A stretch of DNA of 62,516 bases, counting the filler, from Sphacelaria rigidula (taxonomy: Eukaryota), in the NCBI GenBank assembly GCA_964200075.2. It is 7 parts of 7 records of this genome, joined end to end, with 100 filler letters (N's around TTAATTAATTAA, not from the genome) between each part and the next. Parts side by side here need not be neighbours in the genome. Positions count along the whole stretch, not along the records: positions 35,784 to 44,628 come from CAXNAA020009955.1; positions 44,729 to 53,572 come from CAXNAA020009956.1; 5 more parts are not named here. The stretch is one strand, 5' to 3'. Positions 36,845-49,640 of this stretch are shown piece after piece (position 1 is the stretch's first letter; each line of letters begins with the position of its first letter). The position numbers were made by a program, and so were the translations under genes. Below the pieces are notes generated by a model that was not told the origin of the DNA, searched no databases, and saw only the letters and a list, made by a program, of their open reading frames with translations.

Positions 36845-39265
36845 TCAGAACCTGCGCAGTTCTCCGAGGGGAGAGCGGGTTGCATTGGCAGGCGAACCGC
36901 GTGATTTTGACCCAGCGCTGGACCTCACCGGGGCGCGGACGACCCCGAAATGTCCGTTGTGCAGCGGCTGACTCCTAGTGATCGCATTTGAGCCAGGATT
37001 AAAGCCGATGCCACCATCAGAGCTGGACTTGTTGGTCGCGGGTTTCCGCGGGCGCCCGGTGGAGGACGGGGCGGTTGTCTTCCCGTGAGTATTCTTGCAG
37101 TCCTTGCAGCGACACTTTTCGGAACAGGCGATGCCGCCGTTGAAGCATTCACAGTATCGCTTGAGGCAGGCGGACTTGCTGCATCCGCAGCCGGTGGTGT
37201 GGACGAGCGCCGAGCTGCTCTTAGTCGCGCCTCCATCGGCCGTCGTCATCTGTACCTGAGGTAAGACAAAGAAGGATTACGGGGTCATGGCAGATGCTGA
37301 GTTTCTCGTGTGGCAGGTCGATGAGGCGGCGATTGAGTCCATGTGTTGATTGCGAGGTGTACACCTGTTGTTAGATACGTCCGACGTTCAGCACTGCGTT
37401 ATTTCCGTTTCATACTTCATGTCCCAAGTTTTGTCGGAGAACGTCTGTAGCCTCCACGCAAATAATATTTTGTGTATACTGCATCATGCCGGACCTCCGT
37501 TTTGCAGATCTTAGCGTCGAACGCGTGCGGAGCCCGGCACAGCAATTCCCGCACAGCAGTCTTTCGCTCCGTCTCGTGCTCCGTGGAGTTGAAACAATTC
37601 TCGCACTTGCACGTCTCCGAGCAAAGGAGCTGACTCGCGAAGCATTGGCAGTACCTATGGCGGATATAATTCAACGGGAGAGAGGCCAATAGAGGCGGGG
37701 GCAGAGATTAGGAACTGGGCTACGACCTGATGGGGGCATTCCGAAAAACCATGCGAATATATGCATGACGGGCGTATTGGCAGTCAGCAGCAGTTTCGCG
37801 ACTTTGTCTTCGCTCACCTCAAGGCATCATGTCCCGCTCTAATCCTGCTGATTCCGACATCAAATCTTGTACGTGTGATCAACTCCACACCTAGAACATC
37901 TAACCCCTTGATACTGACTGCAGTAAAGGAGAAAAAGAAAAGAGCAGATACGTGACTACTTGAGTTTACATATTTTCATTTCAAATGAAAACGCCCAAGA
38001 GCCGACCCCCAAAAGGACACTCACAACTTGAGACACATGGACTTCTTGCAACTGCAACCCTCCGTCGCCGTTGTACAAACCGCCGCCACTCCCAGAGCAC
38101 CATTACTCCCCGAAGCGGCCGTGGTCCCTAACCCACTTCCCGTCATCGCGTGCGAGGTGGACCGCCTTTGCGTCTGGCTAGGTATCGCGGAGCCTGCCCC
38201 CGGGCTGCCGCCACGTCCCACTCCATGCTTCTTGCCACTCGCGAGCATGTCCCGCGCTGCCCCGCGGTCCCTCCCTCTGGCTACCACACTGTCCACCGTG
38301 ACGTTGATCGCGTCGCCTTGCCCGGATATCGCTCCCGGTGAATCCTTCTTGATTCCGCCCCCGACACTATCGCCACCGCTCCTGCGCCTGCTACTACCCC
38401 CCGTAATCCCGGCAGCAGCCCCTGACACTGCTGAGGCGACGCCGTTGGCGGTATTACTCCTAGTGTTACTGTTACATTGGCCTCTGACGGGGGTAGATTT
38501 CCCGGTTTTCCGTCCCTTGCTGTCACCCGCCGCCTCCGCCGCCGCCCCTCCCCCCCCCTTCCGCGCTGCCGTTCCCACCGACGCTGCCGCCATAGTGGCA
38601 GCCGTCTTGTGGCGTTTCTTATGGGGCAACGAGGACGCTGGTGGCACGACCACGGCGTGGGACGAACGAGTAGAGCGCTCCCTCGCTGTGTCCATCGCTC
38701 CACAGGCGAATGGTCTATGCTTGACAGGATCGCTGCTGTCATCATCAGGGGAGCACATCTTTACATCGTTCATTTCGTTGCTATCGCCGCCGCCCGACCC
38801 AGCCCCACCTCGGTCATCATCTTCGGCGGCATCAATAAGTGGGGGGGTTGTTGGTTTGGGCCGGCCGGGCGGAGGTGGTGCAACGGGTGTCGCCGCGAGA
38901 GACGGGGAAACCGCTCGATTGCGCCAGCTACTCCGTAGATGCAAGAGCAGATGTGCTGTGCTGGTTCCCGGGGTGAACACGGTGCCGGCGCCGGCGGTGT
39001 CCGAGCCATCATCTGCCTCTGTTGCTGGTTCCCCTGCTCGGTCACCTTTGACGCTGTCGCTGTGGCTACTATCTTGCGCTCCTCCGCGTCGAGATCTTCG
39101 CTTACCGGCGGGTTCAGGGGTCAAGAGCGTCGAGTCATTGATACGCGATGACATCCGCGGAGACGCCACGGGGACGTCGGTGGCAGCCGACGGGGCTCTT
39201 GCGGCGGCGGCGGCGGCGGATCTCTTCCTCCCCTGTTGGGGAGACCCGTAAAATGGTGCCGCCAT
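36845..39265 (-). CDS. Tesmin/TSO1/LIN54-like protein with two CXC (CRC) domains; spliced
   Basis: Exon 39265-38025 (ATG...[19 protein letters not shown]); exon 37654-37495 ([26 protein letters not shown]...[10 protein letters not shown] hinge); exon from 37255 ([34 protein letters not shown]); both splices in phase; 3' end either donor at 36929 or stop at 36845. Confidence 0.92.
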
Positions 39266-42200
39266 CTTGTTGAAGGTTTCTTTTGGGATCACTGTCCTTT
39301 GCTCGGCTGGCAATTTTGCAGTTTACTCGTCTGCAAATTCGCGACAAAACTGATAAGCTAAATATAAATATCTGACAGGGAGAGCGAGTGCGAGAGCGAG
39401 CGAGCGATGGCGTGCAAATTGGAATGCAGATGAGATGAGAGAAGTAACAATCAACGAAGTACACCGCTGACAGGGTCAGAGATGGCGTAAAGCAAATTTT
39501 AGATTTTCATTTTCATAGTCGGTCATGGCGATGAACGCTTGAGGACATAGGCAGAGTAGATGCCGTAGAAGCCGAGGGTGGTAAGAACACGAAGGCAGAG
39601 GATGTTGTTCACGTTCGACTTCAACTTGGAAAGCACAGAATCAGGGGGATCCGCCAGCTTTGCAGTAGAGGTGCTCGCGACAAGGGACTGCTGCACTGCA
39701 AGGTGTACTGCATCTCAGTAGTCATCAATGCGCATATGTGGCCATGATAGATTGCAGTAAACATATTTCAGCAGCGGCTGCTCGTTTGTAGGTGATAAAC
39801 ATGAGTGTCGCAGCTACACGTGCTCCGGGCAAGACGCACCTTGCTGGCATCGAGGACCGCACACAGGCTATCAAGCATCGGCTGTAGGACTGACGGCATT
39901 GTAACCGGACAGCGCAACGCAAACGCCACATACTGTTTACAGTCAGTGGTACAAACGGTGCTACTCGTACGACACATTCGAATTCAAAGTGAAACAATAC
40001 GGTACAACTGCCAGGAGTGCTCAAGATACGCAACCGGACAAAGAAGACATTTTTTTAAAATATACTTTGCCAGTGACCAGTTCGGCCCTGGGGAACTCTG
40101 CACCGATTTTATCGAACCCACTACTCGGAGCGGCATGTTCACATCCACGGCCGCACGCCGATATACATACAGTAGGTCAGGTTGATGTTTGCGTGCACGG
40201 CTCTGCCCGCCTCGACTCCCTGATTTTGCATGGTCATATGGCCATCGTGAGGCATGTTTAGATTCGGGTATCTCGTCGAATCTCAGCGGATCATGCATCA
40301 GTCTTTCCACCTCCTCTCAAAACACAGTACCACCGTATAGTTTTAAATGGTACAGAACTGTACATTGTAGTGCAGTCATGAGTACAAGGAGCGGAGGAGA
40401 CGGAAAAATAGGAACTGTCACTTCTCGGTTTGTAAAACCACGGCGCTTTTCCGGCGGCGATACCACACGAACACACACCAAAGAGAGAAGTGGGCGAACT
40501 ACAGTGGCTGCAAAGGGAGTGGGTGGACTCAGACGTTTGGGCACACTCTCTTCATCACAACGTGCCCCTGTTTAAAATACGTGCGTCGTTTTTGCATGGC
40601 ACACACAGCTCGATGGGTCTGTTGGGTTTTAAAAAACCGGTGCTGCGGAAAACAAGGTTCCGAGCATACTTGTTTTCAAATCAAATTATTACAGTTGGGC
40701 AATTTACTGCAGCACTTTTTGCAGGGCACAAGAAAAATGAACCGCAGCAGTTTTGGTTTTGCAATCGGGTAGTCTGAACAAGCCTTGACGTCTGATTAAG
40801 TGCTGGGATGATGCAGACGGAAGCAGTCACAGGAGAAAACACCCGACCATGTCGCTGGCCTCGGGCTGTCCTAGCCAGTGCTACGAGCAGAAAAATTTAA
40901 ACGGTGTGTGTAAACTCTATGCGAGCAGGGGCCTGAGATCTGATTGAAAAATTCCATGTATCAACAGTTTCCACGCAGAGTGACAGCAAGACAAAAGGAA
41001 AAGAGCGAGGCGAAAAGAGGGGAGAGAAATAGAGAGAGAGAGAAAAGGGAGCCAGAATTGACAAAATCATCAAGGTCACGGACAAAACCAGAGGCGATGC
41101 GGCATAGACTTGCAATATCAATTGCGACCTTTGACGCCAGCAATGAGCCACGACAACGTGGGCACTCCGGTTGTTGATTTGACCTATCCATTGACTGTTC
41201 CAAAACGGGTCTAGCATACAAATACAGGGCGAACCCGGATTTTGAAGTTAAAAGGTGGTGGGTAGCCGCAGCACAGCAAGTAACAGACGGCTGCATACGT
41301 GAAAAGACTGGTTATCTTCGGCAAATACATTCACCTATCCATCATGTCACGCCTGGATCGTCAACAAACCCATGAGATCAGCGCAGGCGTGCGTCACCAG
41401 GCGCCAGTCACTGTGGCTGACAATCGGTGCGTGAGACAACTTGGTGTTGAGCACTGCCTCGAAATTGCCGTTGTCGATCACGCAACTGTCTGTAACGTAC
41501 GCTGAGACTGACTTGCTTTTTGAACCATCCTTTCACTTGTATCGACATACCTACGCGGATGGCGAGGCACCACGTGCCAATACTGGATTCTGCGTGTACA
41601 CATACCTCGAATTCCAGTGCAGTGCTGAGCACAACGAAGGGTTGCTGACCGTTTGCCAATACAGCTTTCTCCTAGGGTGGAGCAAAGCAATTTTTGACGG
41701 AGCTGTGAAGTTGTTTTGAGTTACAGTTGTGAAAAAGTCGAACGGCCGCAGAGGGTACACTCCCAACTCGTGTTATTAATAAGGTACAAAGCACAAAGAC
41801 ACAGCAAAATAGTACCGTTCACTTATTGGCATAATCCACTAAAGTCCTACACATATTAGTACTCTACACGCCATCGTCTAGCAAACGGTAGGGTGGTTTC
41901 AAATGTTCCTTGTTGCAGTATGAAGATAATCGTTTTAAATTTTGTCGCTGTTTTGATACATCTTCGACTATAGGTATGAGATATGCGCTGTGCTCTCGAC
42001 ATCTTTTGTGTTGGAACGCGGGTCCGAACATGTATGGAAAATACGTACAAAAACTCAAGAGCTCATTTCCCCGCAACCCTCAACACTGCCTCTTTCGATC
42101 AGCAGTCAACACTTGTGGGCTCTCCTTGGCCGTTGAGTTTCTTGCCGCAGTACAACATCAACATGACATGTACATGCTGGAGACCACATGAAGTGTCAGC

Positions 42201-43554
42201 GCAGACCACAATCGACAGAACAGCTGAAGATACGAGAATCTTTACTCGTGAAGAAAGCAAATGCTGAGGGGAGTGTCGCAGATTTTCTGCCAGATGAATT
42301 CGCCCTTTCTGGATCAGCACCAGTTCAAACGGAGCAAAACATCAACAACTTACACGTCGCCACGTGTCAGCGAAAGTGAGCGTCCTGGTCACACAGGGAA
42401 ATCAAAGCCAGCAGCGTATGTATAGGTTCTGCGGTTGAGGCCGGATTCGAAGTACACTGGGTAGACATCGCTGCACTGACAGGGTAGCAAGCGCATACGG
42501 TGTGGCGAAAGCAAACGCTTCCAAGAAAGATCCTCGATGAGCGGGCTCCTGGCGACCACCAGCGCCCAAGCGTGAGACTGTCAAGAACATCCTACTGTAC
42601 AACAGTTGGAAACAGGATTGAGACGAGCAGCATCCGGATGAGCAAGATCAATCCCCAACAGGGCCAGATGTCCGGCGGGGGAGTGCCATTGACCATAATC
42701 TGCGAGTGTGGGGCGACGCATCAAGAACTTCGTACGAGCCAGGCAGTGACATAATTGACTCCGAGAAAGGGCAAGAAGGCTTCCGCAGCCAGCATCATGT
42801 ACACCGTCCGTGCTGCGGATGGAGATCAATTCTGCGGTATATTGAGGCCGCCGGCGAGGAGTTCGAGGTGCGGCTTGTTTTCGCAATAAACGACATACCC
42901 AGCACCCTCAGGTCCAGTTTTATCGACTGAGGTACCAAGGTAGTACCGATGTAAAACTTACATGGTCGATATTAATTATATCTTGAGCACAAATAGTTCG
43001 GCAGATAGTGTTTCCTACGTGGGTTCTGCGATGATGTGGGATTGTCGATGTAAGTACGAACTCTCTTCGTCGTGGTTGCGTGTCTGGTCCTTTTCACTAC
43101 CCCAGCGTTACGCCCCCTTCAGTGTCACGTTCTTCACCACCCCACAAAACAAACATGGCAGGGTCAGCAACTTCGATGCAGCATGAACTCACCGATCATA
43201 CTGGCATACAACTATCAATTGCATTCATAGCTGCCTCCCCCAAGATCTCCGGGTCAGTTCCATTCACCACATCGCACAGACGGTGAACACTTGCCAACCC
43301 TGGCGAAATATATATGATTTCTCCGTAGACACGGTGATATTTCATGTGTAATGCTGCACTCGGCCCATGGGGTAACCTTGGCCATTGCAAGGCCGTGTCT
43401 AAAGGCCTGCCTTACAAGCTGCTTCAAATTGAAAACCCAAATTTCTGTCATTAGCAAAGGCCTTACGCAATACGCACCCAATAGTCGCATACATGATATC
43501 ATACTGACCGCAATGAAGAGACGAAAAGGGTGACATAGCCGGATTTTCGTTTAA

Positions 43555-43652
43555 CCCTTAGACAGCGAGAGTAGTCTTTCGGGATCATGCATACTTTTTT
43601 CCACTTTAAATTGATGCCGATTCAACAGAAGACTAACCTCGCGGTCTAAGGG
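43555..43652. mobile_element. 98-bp piggyBac-like MITE with TTAA TSD
   Basis: TTAA|CCCTTAGACAGCGAG...CTCGCGGTCTAAGGG|TTAA. Confidence 0.9.
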
Positions 43653-44628
43653 TTAAGGCCACTGCGGTGGCGCTATGGAGAAAAAATTGTCTCAACCAAT
43701 CAGCGCCTTTCAAATTGTTCCGAAATTGAAAACATGAATTCCAAGCCCAATTCCCACCGGATCTCCACATGCTTCACATCGCAGTAACTGTCATCAGATT
43801 CGAAAACGGTTCCAACGGGGTCGATTTTTGCCTGAAACCGTCATGTTTCGGTGATGTGGAGCTATGGCGTCGTATGATTTCCACTTATGATACGTACGAA
43901 AGACCCACGGAGCGCCGTGACGATTTCCCTTTTATCTGTTGTAGAAAAGCTCAGATCACCCTCAAACTTGGCAGTTCCGTAGATATTGATGCTTCCAATG
44001 GAAAGATTGCATTCTCGGCAAGATTTCAAAGTATCCCCGTTCTCTACAGGCTTCCGGGGGTCCCAGCATAAAGACCTCCCTGAAACCTGTACAGAATGCC
44101 TCAGCCCCAAAAGTTTGACATCTTAGGTTCAGGTGGTATCCCAACGAACATGTGTACCAATTTTCGTTGCTCAACTCGAAAAACTGAATCGGCTGGGTCT
44201 TGTACCGTAAAAACAACCCTCAACAAGGGCTATTCTGTACTTTAATGAAGTAATTAGGCGGGCCGGCAGTCTTTTTTATACTTCGGCGTACGTTGTCGAA
44301 TTTCCTCACGCCGTTTTTTCGAGTAAGACCACGAAATTTTGCACACATGATCTCGAAGTCGTTATCTAAAACTCGAAGAATGGGCAATTTTATTTTGTCG
44401 TTTGCTGACCGGTTATCCAGGGTCGCGGTTGACCAAGTTGACCGAGGGGGGGGTGCGAATCCCGTCATCTTGACCCCTGAACCAAGAATAAAAAAGTACC
44501 ATTCTTCGAGTTTAGATAATGTCTTCGAGAACATGTGCGCAAAATTTCGTGGTCTACGAGCTGGGCCGGGCAAGAAGCCTACTATCAGTCAGTCGAGTCT
44601 AGCTCTGCCGCTCTAGCGAGTTTGGACT

Positions 44629-44728
44629 NNNNNNNNNNNNNNNNNNNNNNNNNNNNNNNNNNNNNNNNNNNNTTAATTAATTAANNNNNNNNNNNNNNNN
44701 NNNNNNNNNNNNNNNNNNNNNNNNNNNN
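44629..44728. other. Artificial contig linker
   Basis: Same 100-nt spacer. Confidence 0.98.
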
Positions 44729-46117
44729 TATCTTCCCTGCAATGAAGGGATGGGACTTCAACCTCATATTTTGTTTCAACCCCAAAAATTAGGATCGGCT
44801 GTTTTATCGTGGCGGCGAAGCCGCAGAAACGCCACGTTGCGGTTGTCGTGTGCTCGACTGTCCTGCTATTTGTGGAGCCTGTTTCGTACAATGGGTCATG
44901 TCTGTGATGTTGAATCCGGGATTGTCCGTGTTGCGGGAGATATCGGTCGCTACTGTTGGTCGAGTGTTCTTTGCTGTTAATGGACAGCTTTCGCACGACG
45001 GGATAGTCTGTCATGTTGAATCCGTGGTCGTCGTTTACCGTGTTTTGGGGGATATCGGTCGCTACTGTTGGTCGATTATTGTCTTACTTCTTCCGTTTCT
45101 TTTATATATTCACTACATTGCGGGTGTTGCCTGCTTCATTGTTGCCCACGAAGGAGGGGGAATGGATATTTTATGCCTTTTCAGTTGCTGTTTCTGGACC
45201 CTGTTACGTACGATGGGCGTTTCTGCGGTGCAATAGTACTGGACTCATAATTGCGAACACTCGTGTGTGTCCGTCGCAAGTCTTTGTGTCCCCGGGTATC
45301 GGGTTCCTACTCGTTGCTGTGGGTGGAAAACGTGAACAGGTGTCTTCGTATATGTTCTTCGACGGTGGAGGTAGTCTTTTGCCCGTTCTACCGTATCGGT
45401 ACAATCGTCAAAACATCATTAAGCCTCTTCTTCATACCCTGCCCCCGGGACATGGGTCTCCATATGCACAAAGCGCAATATACTGCACTTGAAGCTATGG
45501 TCTGTTCCGTCACCTAGTGCGAGCAACGATTACCGGTCCTCATGTACCTTGGCTATCGACCTCATTAAGCGTGGCGGCGGAAGCCGCCGAACCCCTTATG
45601 TATATATATATATATATATATTATCCTGTGAGAATTGTGCTATTTTGGCCAAACACCGTCAAAATGACCCTTGCTTCTTGTATTGTGTCAAACAACTGCA
45701 GCATGTGTGACACATTTTTCATGGGATGTTTTTGCACTTTGGTGGAGGCTGCATCAGTTAGGTATACATGACTAGGCACTGGGACACCGACCGGTCCACG
45801 GGCGCTTGAGGTATTCCTGCCCGGGTTCTGGGATGCCTTCGGTTCCACTGGCACTGGAGTAGGACAAAGTCTTAGCGTTAGTACCAAAGCGATGGGTCTG
45901 ATGTTCATCGTGCGAGCATGGTGCTCTTTCGTGAAACATCGACATGTTCTTTCCTTCGTATCATTGTGTGGCATATAAGCGTGTCACAGTGATCTATTTC
46001 CACGACATGCCTTGCCCTTTGGTGCTGGATGCATCTGCTGTTTCTACATGCCCAGGCACTGGGACACTGATCGGTCCACGAGCGCCTGAGTTATTCTTGT
46101 CCAGGTTCTGGGATGCG

Positions 46118-46191
46118 TAGACTCCGGGCAACATTGTTACCTTGATTCGATACATGACTGCAGTGGAAAAAATTCATAGCAGGCGTTTATA
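46118..46191. mobile_element. 74-bp short interspersed repeat / mini-MITE
   Basis: Homologous to 27820-27893. Confidence 0.75.
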
Positions 46192-46460
46192 GTCTGGTTG
46201 ATGGATAACGAGTCTGAGAGTATGATCGATGGACTCCGTGATGTATGATGTTTGCATACGAGGTGCAAGGTCACTTCTGGTTAGCGAAGACTGCTGTTTG
46301 TATAACTGCTTGAAGTCTTGAAGTCTCTGGAGCCTGTGACAGGGAGGAAGCCTCTGGGGCAGCACTGTAACCTTGTTCTGATTCCAGGCAAGTTCACAAT
46401 AAACGTTTACTCAGGAAACTTGTCGTTTCTCGATAGGGTTTTTGAAGCCGCACCCCACAG
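46192..46460 (+). repeat. Truncated LTR related to the Gypsy 1 LTR
   Basis: GTCTTGAAGTCTCT...ACCTTGTTCTGA...AATAAACGTTTA collinear with the reverse complement of 33480-33730. Confidence 0.7.
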
Positions 46461-47791
46461 TCTGTAAAACGGGGGACGCTCACGTTGAAAAACAGGGGGG
46501 AAGGAAGCGGCGGAAAAAGAGGCGCTGGTCATATAAGCCGAGGCAACTGAAGTGCAGAAGCCTATTAGAAGGATGGCAGCGCGCAGGGTTATGGCAGGAG
46601 TAGAGCCGAGAAGGTTCTGAGGTAGTGCTAAGGTGCGCTTTAATATCGGTTGATCAACAGCTGGGTTGCCCGGAGAGCCTGCCAAAAAACGCGGCGCAGT
46701 TACTACCCCAGACGGGAGAACTGCAAGAGGGCTGGTTCAAGGTTGGCCAGCCGCGTTCAAGAAGAGGAGTCTACGAAGGACTTCAAAACATCGTGAGAGC
46801 TGCGTGACAAAAGATGCTGTGGTCGTCATGGTGTGGTGACAACGCTCGTCTTGGTGTCGGGCAGAGTTGCAGTTTCTATGCTTGGGAAGTAGTTGATTAT
46901 TGTTATTTTTTTTATAGCTGAACATGTTCGCCCCCTCTGCTCTTTTGGGGTACATAACCGTCACGACAAACGAGTTATGATGATGCGAGGAAAACAAGAT
47001 AATATAGCGTGCACCATATGCCAAGAGTATGACCCAAAGTACCGAACCACTGAGCAAAGATACAAGAGTCATACAAGAACAACCTAAACGATGCCTGGAG
47101 CCGGCTGCGAGACAAGCACAGCAACTGAAGCTAATTCAAGAGAACTACACGATACCCACACGAAACCTCAGATGCCGTGATGAAGCCCTGTACTCGGACA
47201 CGTTTCTCCTGACTACAGCTATAGACCAACCATCTATTCGACTAGTGGTCACCCAGAAGAATCGGCTGCCACAATAGTCGGCCTTCCTGGGTTTCGATCG
47301 ACACAGTCTTGTTGTCCTCGGACACCTTGACATCTGCGTTCCCGGTGTCGCGGCCTATCTTGGACAACCACGACAACGTTGCCGTCCACTGCCCCCTCGG
47401 CTAGGAGGACCGGAACACGGCATTCGTCAAGTCTTCTGTCTACGCTTCCGCTGAGACGGGAATAGAACAACGTCCTCATGTTAGTAACAAAGCGGGGAGT
47501 ATAATGTTCATCATGCGAGCCTTGTGCTCTTTGGTTGAAAATCATCGATATTTTTTGTCAGCACTACCCCGATTGTTGAGAGGCTATCGTCCTTGGGAAG
47601 TTGCACCCCAGTCACCGTCGACATGTCAGATATTTTTCCGTTCATGCCTGCATTGTTCTAACGTCGTTTTTTTGTTTTCTTCTCTTGCGACTTCCCTTGA
47701 TCTCCGAATTGTGACCCCGGGCTACTGCTCAACCCGTGAGCGTTTTGCTAGGACGCTCGAACAGTCTGTTGAACAGTCACCTCCGTTTCCG

Positions 47792-49640
47792 TTACCTGGT
47801 ATCTTCGGATTTCGACTCCGGATGTGAGCGCTTTGCTAATCCGTTGCCATGACGGTATATATCGAGGAGGTGTCTACCTTGTGGTGTTTCATCAGCTGCT
47901 GGGCCGTAGCTTTTGAGTCTCAACCTATACTTATGGTTATGAAGACTTTTCCGACCTGGTCCTGGAGCGTAGACCACCACTTTTTCGACAGCGTAACGTT
48001 GTAGGCAATGTTTCGTCTGGCTGGTCTCTCTGGTAGAGGTATCTGTTTGTCTAGGAACAACTCGCTCGATTTATCGACATCTGATGCGGGGGGCGTTTCC
48101 CGCGGACGATATTTCTCCAAATGTGCGGGATTCACCGACATTTCTTTAGAATCGTTGCATATTTTGATCATGTACCCAACCAGTGATCGTCTCTTGGTTA
48201 TCATGAAAGGTCCTCTGCATGGCAATTGGAGTTTCGGGCTCGGCCCTTATCAATCCTGGTATGATTGGTACGTGTGTATCTTTTGACTGGGTTTGAACAC
48301 TGGGAACGGTTACTATTTGTTTCTGCTTTCTTGGTCGTTCGCTCTTTCTAGTAGAGCTTATCTCGCAATTTCAAATCCAAACTGTAGGTTTTCCCGTGTT
48401 TCTTTGGAAAATTCTTCGGGTGTTGCGGATTTTCCCGGATGCCAAATATGGTAAAACTCTATCAATAAACGTTCTGGCTGTCGACATGGCTTGTCTATTT
48501 GGTATCGAAATGAGAAAGGCATACCCTGTGAGGTGGACCATTACGGACAGTACCTATCTACATAGTACTCCAGCGTTTTGACATGGAGAGCTGTTTTGTA
48601 CTCGACTAGGTCTTTCGATACTCTCTCGTATGGCCGTCCTACCGGAACGTGTCCCATCGGCATATTCTGGCCGGTTGACTGACAGCTCTCGGTCACTTTG
48701 CACTACCTTCAAACGGTCGAGCTTTTCAGCTGACATTTGACGGTGATATGTGGTTGAGCTATTTGCAGCGCGCATGGTCTTTTGGCCCCTTACCGCATAT
48801 TTGGGTAAGCGACGGTTTGATTTCAGCTTTTTGTCGCTCTGGAGTAGCGCAAACAGTCGTGAGAGGATGCGCGGAACATCATGAAGTTTCTCCGGTTTTT
48901 GTCTCTCACCATTGTCATAAAGTGTTTCCGGGATTTACATGTCGGCTCGACAGGTTGGCGATTTGTACCATTTCCGTTTTATTCGTCGCCGACTTCGTGC
49001 GTGCTGTCCTTGAAACAATGATGCGCGTGAATGCTTGAGGTACATAAGGCGATCGAGTGTCTTCCTCAGCTATTGTGCGTGGCTGCACGACAGCTATTAT
49101 TGTTGCTGACGGGGTGTTTTCTGTTTCAACTAATGCTTCCATTTCATGCAGAAACCCTCGGATTTTTTAGGGGGGGGGCGTCCGCGCTTCTGAGATCGAT
49201 GGGTCCTGGCGGTACTGGTTTTATATCATCAGCTGCCATGATGGACGGGTGTTCATCTATGATTTGTTTTACACATCGGACAGATCATGAGCTATCTGAA
49301 ATAGCTAAGCGAAGAGAACTCTCAGATACTTTGCACAAAAATACAAAACACGTGACAGCGGTGTCCGAGAAGCCAGAGCGTTACCTTTCTGCTAGATCGC
49401 GTGCTCGGCGTCCCTCGCTGCCAGGAGCTAATACGGAAGTAGTGGCCAAATGAGCTAGCTCATGATCCGGATCAGTACTCTAAGAAGAAGTGATATCGAG
49501 GTAGCTCATGAGCTGTCCGACGTGTGAACTTTTTGCTGATACACGGCACATCTGCTACGGAATCGATTGTGATTTTTTCAGCGGGGGTGCCGTTTACGCT
49601 GGCCGCGACTCTCACACGGGCTGACGCACAGGATGGCGCT
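47792..49640 (-). mobile_element. Highly decayed Gypsy pol remnant
   Basis: Protease ITIDSVADVPCIS; integrase GHVPVGRPYERVSKDLVEYK and VLSVMVHLTGYAFLISIPN; GPF motif CRGPF; chromo-like KYRLRLKSYGPAAD. Confidence 0.75.

Noticed and set aside
38028-39251. 407-aa plus-strand ORF
   Set aside because: Antisense shadow of the GC-rich first exon of the CXC gene
42630-42710. IPT/TIG-like motif (SKINPQQGQMSGGGVPLTI) in a possible plus-strand pseudogene at ~40000-43450
   Set aside because: Single short motif in stop-ridden frames; not supportable without a profile search
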